A DNA stretch of 32,000 nucleotides from Xanthomonas campestris pv. campestris str. ATCC 33913 (GTDB taxonomy: Bacteria > Pseudomonadota > Gammaproteobacteria > Xanthomonadales > Xanthomonadaceae), in NCBI RefSeq assembly GCF_000007145.1, contig NC_003902.1, positions 4,701,425 to 4,733,424 of the forward strand, read 5' to 3'. The first letter of the stretch is position 1. Every line of letters begins with the position of its first letter. Shown piece after piece: positions 1-7,106 of the stretch. The notes beneath the pieces are model-generated. The model saw only the letters and a program-made list of their open reading frames with translations. It was not told the DNA's origin and made no database searches. The translations under genes were made by a program, and so were the position numbers.

Positions 1-1
1 C

Positions 2-364
2 ACGGCGTTCTGGCGCGATTGCGCGAGCATGGAGATCCCCGACAGCCTGCGCCACCGCATGGAGCTGTTCCGCCAGAGCGGGCGCGTGTTCCACCAGGGC
101 AATGAGTTGTTCGCGGAGAATTCATGGATCCAGGTGATGCTGGGCCAGGGCATCGTGCCGCGGCACCACCACCCGGTGGCCGACCTGATGGGCGATGCCG
201 AGCTGAGCCAGTTCCTGGAGGGCATCCGCCAGCGCGTGGAAGCCACCCTGGCCCGCCTGCCGCCGCATGCCGAGTTCCTGCGCCGCTATTGCCCGGCCCC
301 GGCACCGCCCGCGCCCATGCCACAGCCGGCACCGGGCACGCCGCTGGCCGCACCGGCTGCCTGA
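2..364 (+). CDS. Tryptophan-halogenase-family (FAD-dependent) protein, C-terminal fragment; the 5' end lies outside the window
   Basis: Frame 2 is open from the window edge (TAFWRDCAS precedes the listed Met at 29). The C-terminal pattern ELFAENSWIQVMLGQGIVP...LPPHAEFL resembles the conserved C-terminus of PrnA-like halogenase homologues, which are commonly linked to TonB-dependent uptake loci in Xanthomonas. Third codon positions are G/C-rich. Confidence 0.5.
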   Translation, partial: TAFWRDCASMEIPDSLRHRMELFRQSGRVFHQGNELFAENSWIQVMLGQGIVPRHHHPVADLMGDAELSQFLEGIRQRVEATLARLPPHAEFLRRYCPAPAPPAPMPQPAPGTPLAAPAA

Positions 365-502
365 ATTTCGCGGGCATCTCGGCAACCCTTGGCTTAGACC
401 GCCCCAGCAATGCTAGATTGCGGCATTGCCGACCCTTGCGGGAACAAGGGCCGGCGCTCACCGCAGCAACGTTATCTTTCGCACTCGGGGTAAGGGGGAC
501 GC

Positions 503-1510
503 ATGTTGGATCTGACACAGGGCCGTATGGCACGCCGGATCGCGCCGGTCATTTTGCTGGTTGGCCTGGCCGCCTGCTCCAAGCAGGAAGAAAAACCTGC
601 CGCCACCGCGGGCACCACGCCAGCGGCACCGGCCACCGCGCCGGCACCTACGGCAGCCACTGCGGTCTCCCCGCAGGTGCAGTCGATGGCAGCCGATCAG
701 CTGCGCGAATCGGCCACCAAGGCGCTGCAGGACAACCGCATGTACGCCCCGGCCGGCGACAACGCGGTGGAGTATTACCTGGCGCTGCGCGAGAAGCAGC
801 CGCAGGACGCTACCGTCAACAGCGCGCTGACCGACCTGATGCCGTACACGCTGATCGCCGCCGAACAAGGCATCAGCCGTGAGGAGTTCCCCGAAGCGCA
901 ACGGCTGATCGCGCTGATCGAAAAGGTCGACCCCAGGGCACCGGCGCTGCCGCGTCTGAAGAGCGGCCTGGAAGCCGGCATGAAGACCGCCGCCAATCGC
1001 ACCGAGCAGGACGCCGAACAGGCCAAGAAGCTGGTCGAAGACAAGGCCAAGCAGGCCGCCGAGCAGAAGCGCCTGGCCGAGCAGCAATCGCGCGAGGCCG
1101 CTGCGGCCCAGCAGATTGCCGCCCAGCAGGAAACAGCGCGCCAGCAGGCGGCCGAAGCCGAACGCCAGGCCGCCGCCAAGCGCCCGGCCGAGCCGGCGCC
1201 CACGCCCGCCGCGCCACGCCCGGCGCCGGCCGCTGCAGCCGCCGCCCCGGCGGCCGCGTCGCTGCGCCCGATCAGCACCCCGGCCCCGCGTTATCCCCCC
1301 GAAGCCCTGCGCGCCGGTACCTCCGGCGAAGTGCTGGTGGAGATCACCGTGGGCACCGATGGCTCGATCACCGCCTCGCGCGTGCTGCGTGCCAACCCGC
1401 CACGCGTGTTCGACCGTGAAGCCCTCAACGCCGTGAAGCGCTGGCGCTTCGAGCCGGTGGCCGCGCCGGTGACCACCCGCCGCACACTGTCGTTCAACCC
1501 GGGCGGCTGA
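503..1510 (+). CDS. TonB C-terminal-domain protein with an N-terminal lipoprotein signal, an Ala/Gln/Glu-rich coiled region and a Pro/Ala-rich linker
   Basis: The C-terminus PRYPPEALRAGTSGEVLVEITVGTDGSITASRVLRANPPRVFDREALNAVKRWRFEP is a typical TonB_C (energy transducer) domain. The N-terminus MARRIAPVILLVGLAACSKQ carries a lipobox (LAAC). A GGGGGA Shine-Dalgarno sits 3 nt upstream of ATG 503; the ATG at 527 is an alternative start. Confidence 0.75.
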   Translation: MLDLTQGRMARRIAPVILLVGLAACSKQEEKPAATAGTTPAAPATAPAPTAATAVSPQVQSMAADQLRESATKALQDNRMYAPAGDNAVEYYLALREKQPQDATVNSALTDLMPYTLIAAEQGISREEFPEAQRLIALIEKVDPRAPALPRLKSGLEAGMKTAANRTEQDAEQAKKLVEDKAKQAAEQKRLAEQQSREAAAAQQIAAQQETARQQAAEAERQAAAKRPAEPAPTPAAPRPAPAAAAAAPAAASLRPISTPAPRYPPEALRAGTSGEVLVEITVGTDGSITASRVLRANPPRVFDREALNAVKRWRFEPVAAPVTTRRTLSFNPGG

Positions 1511-1631
1511 GTGAGTGGTTGGGTGCTTGCAGGGTCTACGCGCGGCTGAGTAACTGCGTTGGTTGGTGATCGTTGCTTGATGCTGCTGATGATTGATGCA
1601 ATGCACCTCCGGCACATGCCGAGCGCCAAAC

Positions 1632-1659
1632 AAAAAGCCCGCAGCGATGCGGGCTTTTT
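1632..1659. terminator. Bidirectional rho-independent terminator
   Basis: aaaaa-GCCCGCA-gcga-TGCGGGC-ttttt is a perfect 7-bp GC stem with a 4-nt loop, flanked by an A-run and a T-run. It lies between the convergent TonB-like gene (+) and natB (-). Confidence 0.7.
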
Positions 1660-1674
1660 GTTGGCTGGCCATCC

Positions 1675-1763
1675 GTACCCTCATCCGCCCTTCGGGCACC
1701 TTCTCCCGAGGGGAGAAGGATTAAAGCCCCTCTCCTGCGGGAGAGGGGTTGGGGTGAGGGTAC
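1675..1763. repeat. Nested palindromic intergenic repeat (REP-like, family 1)
   Basis: The outer arms gtaccctca / tgagggtac enclose two hairpins: ccttctcc-cga-ggggagaagg and cccctctcc-tgc-gggagagggg. Related copies occur at 1858-1891 and 14429-14475. Confidence 0.6.
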
Positions 1764-1857
1764 GGCGGCAGATTGGACATCACGAACTGCATCGGCAACA
1801 GCCACGTTCAATCATTCAACATCAATAGCTGTAACAGGCATTCGCACCAACAACCCA

Positions 1858-1891
1858 TACCCCCATCCGGCGCTGCGCGCCACCTTCTCCC
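1858..1891. repeat. Half-copy of REP-like family 1
   Basis: tacccccatccggcgctgcgcgccaccttctccc aligns with gtacccccatccgccctgcgggcaccttccccc at 14429 and with the left half of the element at 1675. Confidence 0.45.
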
Positions 1892-1907
1892 AACCAGAGA
1901 ACGAACA

Positions 1908-3101
1908 TCAGCCCGAAATCGCCAGCCGCTCCTGGTGATATCGACGCACCGCGGCGTACCACAGCACCCCCGCCAGACCGAACCCGGCCAGCAGGTACAC
2001 AGCCCAGGTCTGCAGCGTGATCTGTTCGTGGCGGATCACCTTCAGCAACATCTGGTTCTGCGCCAGGAACGGCACTGCGAAATGCCACAGCTGCGTCTTC
2101 AGCGGGTACGCCATCAGCGCATAACCGGGCAGCATTGGTAGCAGCAGCAGCCAGGTCATGTGCGCCTGCGCCTCTTTCATGCTTTTCGCAGCCGCGGCCA
2201 GATAGGTCAGCAGCGAGGTACCGATGAACAGCATCGGCACCAGGATGAAGAGCATCTGCAGGATCGGCACGAAGCCCACGTTGAGCTGGCGCCCCAGGTT
2301 GGAGCTGGACAACTGCGCGCTGAGTTTGAAGGCCAGCAACGTCAGCAACAGCGACACCATGCCGATCACGCAGGCCGCGGCGATCTTGCCGCTGACGATC
2401 GCACTGCGAGGCGCGGGCGTGGCCAGCAGCGGTTCCAGCGACTGCCGTTCGCGTTCGCCGGCGGTGGCGTCCAGGATCAACGACGCGCCGCCCAGGAACG
2501 AGGTGATCACCAGCAGCACCGGCAACAGCATCGCCATCATCTGCCCGCGCTTGGCCTCGGCGGTGGCCAGATCCTGCGCGGCGATCTCCAGCGGCCGCGC
2601 CACCTGCGCATCGATCCCGCGTGCGAGCAGACGCAACGCACCCACCTGCTGGCTGTAGCCGCTGAGTGCGGCCTGCAGGCGCATCGCCGGCACGTCGGCT
2701 TCGCGGCGCGTGCTGTCCTTGATGATCTCCACCAGCGCCGGGCGCCCGGCACGCCAGTCGTCGGCGTAGTGCGCACTGATGCGTAGCGCCACGTCCACGT
2801 CCTGGTCGCGGATGGCGGTGGTCAGATCGGCCGGCGCGTCCACTGCGTTGAGCCCTTGCGCGGCGAGAAAACGCACCAGATTGGGCGCGTGCTCGCGGCC
2901 AAGCACCGGGATGTCCAGCGGCTTGTCGATCTGCGTGCGCACGCGGCTTTCGCTGAGCGCGCCCATGCCCAGGATCAGGATCGGATACAGCAAGGGCGAC
3001 AGCAACAACGCCAGTGCCAGGGTGCGGCGGTCGCGGCCGATGTCGCGCAGTTCCTTGCGCAGCACGGTGCCCAACGTGGCGAAAAATGACATCTTGCTCA
3101 T
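1908..3101 (-). CDS. natB: ABC-2 family exporter permease (NatB-like)
   Basis: 397 aa. The N-terminus MSFFATLGTVLRKELRDIGRDRRTLALALLLSPLLYP is followed by a large extracytoplasmic loop and then multiple hydrophobic helices, as in NatB-type permeases. The start ATG overlaps the natA stop (ATGA at 3098-3101). Confidence 0.8.
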   Translation of the reverse strand: MSKMSFFATLGTVLRKELRDIGRDRRTLALALLLSPLLYPILILGMGALSESRVRTQIDKPLDIPVLGREHAPNLVRFLAAQGLNAVDAPADLTTAIRDQDVDVALRISAHYADDWRAGRPALVEIIKDSTRREADVPAMRLQAALSGYSQQVGALRLLARGIDAQVARPLEIAAQDLATAEAKRGQMMAMLLPVLLVITSFLGGASLILDATAGERERQSLEPLLATPAPRSAIVSGKIAAACVIGMVSLLLTLLAFKLSAQLSSSNLGRQLNVGFVPILQMLFILVPMLFIGTSLLTYLAAAAKSMKEAQAHMTWLLLLPMLPGYALMAYPLKTQLWHFAVPFLAQNQMLLKVIRHEQITLQTWAVYLLAGFGLAGVLWYAAVRRYHQERLAISG

Positions 3102-3844
3102 GCGTGCAGTCCCTCGTCCGAACCGATCGCCTTGACGAAGGCGTCTTCCAGGTTGTCTTCGCCAGTGGCCGCGCGCAGTTCATCGGCGGTGCCGGCAGCC
3201 ACCACGGTGCCCTTGGCAATGATGACGATGCGATCGCACAGCGCCGCCACCTCTTGCATGATGTGGCTGGAGAAGATCACGCAGCGCCCTTCGGCGCGCA
3301 GTTGCTGCAGGAAGCCGCGCATCGCGCGCGTGGTCATCACGTCCAGCCCGTTGGTGGGTTCGTCCAGGATGACGTTGCGCGGGTCGTGCACCAGCGCGCG
3401 TGCAATGGCGGTCTTGGTGCGCTGGCCCTGGCTGAAACCTTCGGTCTGCCGGTCCAGGATGTCGTCCATGTCCAGTGCATGTGACAGCAGGCGCGTGCGC
3501 TCGGCGATCTGCGTGCGCGACATGCCATGCAATTGGCCGAAGTAGGCGATGTTCTCGCGTGCGCTCAAGCGCTTGTACACGCCGCGCGCATCCGGCAACA
3601 CGCCCAGCGCGCGGCGCACCGCGACCGGGTCGTGCGCGGCATCGACGCCATCCACGCGGACGCTGCCCTGGTCGGGCGTCATCAAGGTGTAGAGCATGCG
3701 CAAGGTGGTGGTCTTGCCGGCGCCATTGGGGCCGAGCAAGCCGGTGATCTGGCCATCGGCAGCGTTGAAGCTGACTCCGTTGACCGCCTTCACCAGGCCG
3801 GTCTTGGTCTTGAAGGATTTGTGCAAGCTGTCGACGACGATCAT
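3098..3844 (-). CDS. natA: ABC transporter ATP-binding protein (NatA-like)
   Basis: Walker A GPNGAGKTT, signature FSQGQRTK and Walker B VILDEPTNGLD are present. I trimmed the ORF to ATG 3844 (MIVVDSLHKSF), which has GGAGG 7 nt upstream; the longer ORF to 3916 adds non-homologous residues. Confidence 0.85.
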   Translation of the reverse strand: MIVVDSLHKSFKTKTGLVKAVNGVSFNAADGQITGLLGPNGAGKTTTLRMLYTLMTPDQGSVRVDGVDAAHDPVAVRRALGVLPDARGVYKRLSARENIAYFGQLHGMSRTQIAERTRLLSHALDMDDILDRQTEGFSQGQRTKTAIARALVHDPRNVILDEPTNGLDVMTTRAMRGFLQQLRAEGRCVIFSSHIMQEVAALCDRIVIIAKGTVVAAGTADELRAATGEDNLEDAFVKAIGSDEGLHA

Positions 3845-3875
3845 GCGTGCGCCTCCGTGGCGTGGTCGGTGTGGC

Positions 3876-5426
3876 TCATGGTTCCCATCCGTTGAACGAG
3901 GTAAACGCGGGCACATCGGTCAGGCTGTCCACGCAGCGCGCGTCCAGGCCCTTGGCATCGGCGGTCTGCAGGAATTGCCCCAGCACCTTGGGCATGCAGC
4001 CCAGCCGGAACACACCGTGGCTCTGCCCGGGCGCGATCAGATGCCGGCCGTTGGGCAGACCTTGCAGCACACGTGCGGCGTAGCGCGGCGGGGTCACCGG
4101 ATCGAGCTGGCCGGACAACAACAGCACCGGCAGCGTGGAGCGGAACGGCGCAAATGCCGCCGCCGGAGTGGGCTTGGACGGCCATGTCTTGCACGCTGCG
4201 AAGAACATCTCCGCCACCTGCGCGCCCAGCAAGGTGTCGTCCTGCGCAGCCGGCGCGCGATAGCGCCCCGCATCTTCGCTGCACAGCACCGACCACTGCA
4301 TCGGCCGATTCATCTGGTCGGCCATGTCCGAGCCGCTCATCTGCGCCAGCGCCATCAACGACGCGTAACGCCCCGCAGCGGCTTCGTCCAGCACCAGCGG
4401 CAGCAGCGAGGCGGTTTCCGGCGCATACGAAAACCCGAACGCCAGGCCGGCTACGGTATCGGCGTTGACCTCCTGGTGATGCAGTTCACCGGTGCGTGGG
4501 TCGCGGTAATCCACCGGTGCCGGCGCCTGGCGCAGGCGCTCCACCACCTGCCGCAGCTGGGTGCGCGTGTCCACCGGGAAACGCTTGGCGCAGGCTGGCT
4601 GCGCCTTGCATTGGGTGGTCTGCAACGCGATCGCGTCTTCAAAGGTGCGCGCAAATTCGCCGCCAATGACCAGATCGTTGGGGGCCACGCCATCGAGCAC
4701 CACGGTGCGGGTGTGCTGCGGGTAGCGCGCCGCGTACTGCTGCGCGACACGCGTACCGTAGGAGCCGCCGATCAGGTTGATCTGTTGCGCGCCCAGCGCC
4801 TCACGTACCGCATCCAGATCGCCGATGGCTTCGCTGGTGGTGAAATAGCGCGGGTCGGCATCGTTGCGTAGCCCTGCAGCACAGCGTGCCGCATAGGCGC
4901 TCAGCTGCTCTGCGGTGGCGGCGCTGTCGTTTTCCAGCACCAGCGGCGTGCCGCCCGCATCGCGGCATTCCAGCGGATGCGAGCCGCCGGTGCCGCGCTG
5001 ATCGACCAGAAAGATGTCGCGGTGCTTGCGCACTTCGCGCAGGCCCATGTCGACGATCGCCGCCACCTGCGTAGCCGATTGCCCAGGCCCACCGGCGATG
5101 AAGAACACCGGGTCCGGCGCGTGGCTGGCACCTGCGTCACTTTCCAGCCAGGCGATCTTGAGCGCGAGCTTGCGCCCGTTCGGCGCGGCCGGATTTTCCG
5201 GTACCTGCAACTGTGCGCACTGCGCCTCGATGTTGCCGGCGGCGCTGCCGGAGCTGAGCGTGCATGGCGAAAACTGCAGGCGGCCGTAGGCATTGCCGGC
5301 CACCGTGCTGGCCGCGGCCTGCGCCTTGCCCGTGGCCACCACGACGCCCTCGCCCGCGCGCTGGCAGCCGCCCAGCGCCACTGCCAGCGCAAGCACCAGC
5401 GTTATTGTCCTAACGTGCTTTGCCAT
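3876..5426 (-). CDS. Secreted alpha/beta-hydrolase lipoprotein (S33 / TAP-like tripeptidyl- or prolyl-aminopeptidase family)
   Basis: 516 aa. The signal carries a lipobox (LALAVALGGC). The oxyanion region GGPGQSA and the nucleophile elbow GGSYGT (GxSxG) are present, along with a C-terminal TAP-like region. A GGAGA Shine-Dalgarno lies upstream. The stop is 31 nt before the natA start. Confidence 0.8.
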   Translation of the reverse strand: MAKHVRTITLVLALAVALGGCQRAGEGVVVATGKAQAAASTVAGNAYGRLQFSPCTLSSGSAAGNIEAQCAQLQVPENPAAPNGRKLALKIAWLESDAGASHAPDPVFFIAGGPGQSATQVAAIVDMGLREVRKHRDIFLVDQRGTGGSHPLECRDAGGTPLVLENDSAATAEQLSAYAARCAAGLRNDADPRYFTTSEAIGDLDAVREALGAQQINLIGGSYGTRVAQQYAARYPQHTRTVVLDGVAPNDLVIGGEFARTFEDAIALQTTQCKAQPACAKRFPVDTRTQLRQVVERLRQAPAPVDYRDPRTGELHHQEVNADTVAGLAFGFSYAPETASLLPLVLDEAAAGRYASLMALAQMSGSDMADQMNRPMQWSVLCSEDAGRYRAPAAQDDTLLGAQVAEMFFAACKTWPSKPTPAAAFAPFRSTLPVLLLSGQLDPVTPPRYAARVLQGLPNGRHLIAPGQSHGVFRLGCMPKVLGQFLQTADAKGLDARCVDSLTDVPAFTSFNGWEP

Positions 5427-5492
5427 TCCCGCTGATCTCCGTGTGATCCATGGTCCTGTGACGCTGCATCCGGCCAGACGTGACCGCTGCGG

Positions 5493-5693
5493 CTACTGCC
5501 CGTCTTCAAACAGGAAGACGTGCTCGATCGATTCCCCAAACAGACGCGCGATGCGAAACGCCAACGGCAGGCTGGGATCGTACTTGCCGGTCTCCAGCGC
5601 GTTGATCGTTTGCCGCGACACGCCCAGCCGTTCGCCCAACTCCCCTTGCGACCAGCCACTGGCCTCGCGCAGTTCCCGCACGCGGCTGTTCAT
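5493..5693 (-). CDS. Small XRE/Cro-family helix-turn-helix transcriptional regulator (66 aa)
   Basis: MNSRVRELREASGWSQGELGERLGVSRQTINALETGKYDPSLPLAFRIARLF is a canonical HTH_3 sequence. The start ATG overlaps the stop of the upstream membrane-protein gene (ATGA at 5690-5693). Confidence 0.85.
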   Translation of the reverse strand: MNSRVRELREASGWSQGELGERLGVSRQTINALETGKYDPSLPLAFRIARLFGESIEHVFLFEDGQ

Positions 5694-6277
5694 TGATAGC
5701 GGCGCGCGTTGACGCCCTTGGTGATGCCGTAGGTGGCGCACAGGATCGGGAACACCCACAACATCGCGACCGTGGCCGGGATGTCGATCAACTGCGCCGC
5801 CTGCAGGAACCCGCCGGTCATGTACGCAGCACTCACCAGCCCGGCAGCGATGGCGATCGATTCCAGTTCGATCCGCCGCTGCATCTCGTCGGAGTCACGC
5901 ACGAAACGCGCCACCGCACGGATCACCAGCATCAACAACAGCGCGGGCAACAATGCGATCAGCGTGCGCGCCCAGTGCGGCCCCACACGCGCCAGCAGCG
6001 TTGGCCAGCACAGCATCACCGCTACATACAACAGCATCGGGATGCCGAATTCACGGTAGTAACGCCGCGCCAGCGCCGGCACTGCACTGTCGCGCATGCC
6101 GCCGGGTGACAGCCACAGCATCAGCGCCATCAACAGGCCCGCCGCTCCCATACCGACGCACAGGCCAATCAGATACTGGCCCAGCGGCAGCACCCGCCAA
6201 TACCCAAGTGCACCGCCGCCGAGCAAGCTCAAGCTGATGCCCAACGCCACCAGTGCACTGCGTTTGCAGCCGCTCAT
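5690..6277 (-). CDS. Multi-pass inner-membrane protein of unknown function, translationally coupled to the XRE regulator
   Basis: 195 aa with about 5-6 hydrophobic segments and G/C-rich third positions. A GGAAAGG Shine-Dalgarno-like sequence lies about 10 nt upstream of ATG 6277. I did not recognise a family. Confidence 0.7.
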   Translation of the reverse strand: MSGCKRSALVALGISLSLLGGGALGYWRVLPLGQYLIGLCVGMGAAGLLMALMLWLSPGGMRDSAVPALARRYYREFGIPMLLYVAVMLCWPTLLARVGPHWARTLIALLPALLLMLVIRAVARFVRDSDEMQRRIELESIAIAAGLVSAAYMTGGFLQAAQLIDIPATVAMLWVFPILCATYGITKGVNARRYQ

Positions 6278-6403
6278 GCGCGTTGCGCCTTTCCGGATGT
6301 TGCGTGCAATTGCAGTGCATCAGCCTGCGCGTGGTTGCGGCGACGCGGTGCTGCCGGAGGCACTGACGCCCAGTGCGGTGGGAGGTGCTGATGCATGCGA
6401 CAT

Positions 6404-6457
6404 GCCTGTCAAGTTCACTTGACAGGCACAATGCGCGGCACCGGGCGGACTGTCAAG
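6404..6457 (-). promoter_or_regulatory. Predicted promoter and operator for the membrane-protein/XRE operon
   Basis: On the minus strand: TTGACA (6456-6451), a 17-nt spacer, then CATTGT (6433-6428). Immediately downstream is an 11-bp perfect inverted repeat, GCCTGTCAAGT-tc-ACTTGACAGGC (6404-6427). The octamer CTTGACAG occurs three times: two direct copies and one inverted. Confidence 0.4.
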
Positions 6458-6768
6458 CGTCCTTTACATGTTGCGCGGCTCGGCAGGCGGCGCATGGGCG
6501 TCCTCGCTGCCATGGATCGCGGGCTGGTGGATCACGCGCCAGAGGCTGAGCGTTGCGAGGGTCCGGGCACGCACGCATTCGACGTGGGAGCGCGACGAGG
6601 CGATCGTGACGTCCCGAAGACGAGGGAATATCTCCGGAGCCGCCGAGTCAAAACTTTCTGCGCCAGCGCCGCAGCGCGTGCCGGCAGCGGTGCGATTGAT
6701 GAGTCGTTATTGGCGGCCACGCGATCGCATGCAACGCTTCAATCGCCGCATGCAGCGCGCGCCGCGCG

Positions 6769-7041
6769 CTACTTCAAATACGTCTTGAGAATCGCCGCCA
6801 CCTCCTCCACGGCCTGCTCGCGCGTGCCGCGCGCGTCCGGTGCAGCGACATGGTGCTGCAGGTGCTCGGTCAGCAGCTCCACCATCAGGCCTTGCGCAGC
6901 CCCGCGGAAGGCAGCGACCTGGGTCAGCAAGGCGGTGCATTCCACATCCTGCGCCAGCGCTTTCTCCAGTGCCTCGACCTGCCCGCGAATCTTGCGGACC
7001 CGCGCGAGCAGCTTGGATTTGTCCTGAGTTAGATGCGCCAT
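6769..7041 (-). CDS. dmeR: RcnR/FrmR/CsoR-family metal-sensing repressor (DmeR-like)
   Basis: 90 aa. MAHLTQDKSKLLARVRKIRGQVEALEKAL...VECTALLTQVAAFRGAAQGL...LTEHLQHH matches the DUF156 fold, with the Cys and His ligand positions typical of Co/Ni-sensing RcnR-type proteins. It is divergent from a CDF exporter. I trimmed the ORF to ATG 7041. Confidence 0.85.
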   Translation of the reverse strand: MAHLTQDKSKLLARVRKIRGQVEALEKALAQDVECTALLTQVAAFRGAAQGLMVELLTEHLQHHVAAPDARGTREQAVEEVAAILKTYLK

Positions 7042-7045
7042 GCAG

Positions 7046-7086
7046 ATACCCCCCAGGGGTATTTCGGATACCATCGGGGGGGTATC
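7046..7086. promoter_or_regulatory. Two G/C-tract inverted-repeat operators in the dmeR-CDF divergent intergenic region
   Basis: Site 1 is ATACCCC-cca-GGGGTAT (7046-7062). Site 2 is GATACC-atcggggg-GGTATC (7067-7086). The architecture resembles the TACT-G6-N-AGTA sites bound by RcnR-family repressors. The whole intergenic region is only 65 nt. Confidence 0.6.
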
Positions 7087-7106
7087 TTAGTCAGGCCGCC
7101 TCGCCC

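Noticed and set aside
6395-7027. ORFs 6395-7027(+), 6468-6788(+) and 6532-6720(-) in the gap between the membrane-protein gene and dmeR
   Set aside because: They have no Shine-Dalgarno, their translations are Arg/Ala-rich and motif-free, and they overlap dmeR antisense. The region is better explained as non-coding regulatory DNA.
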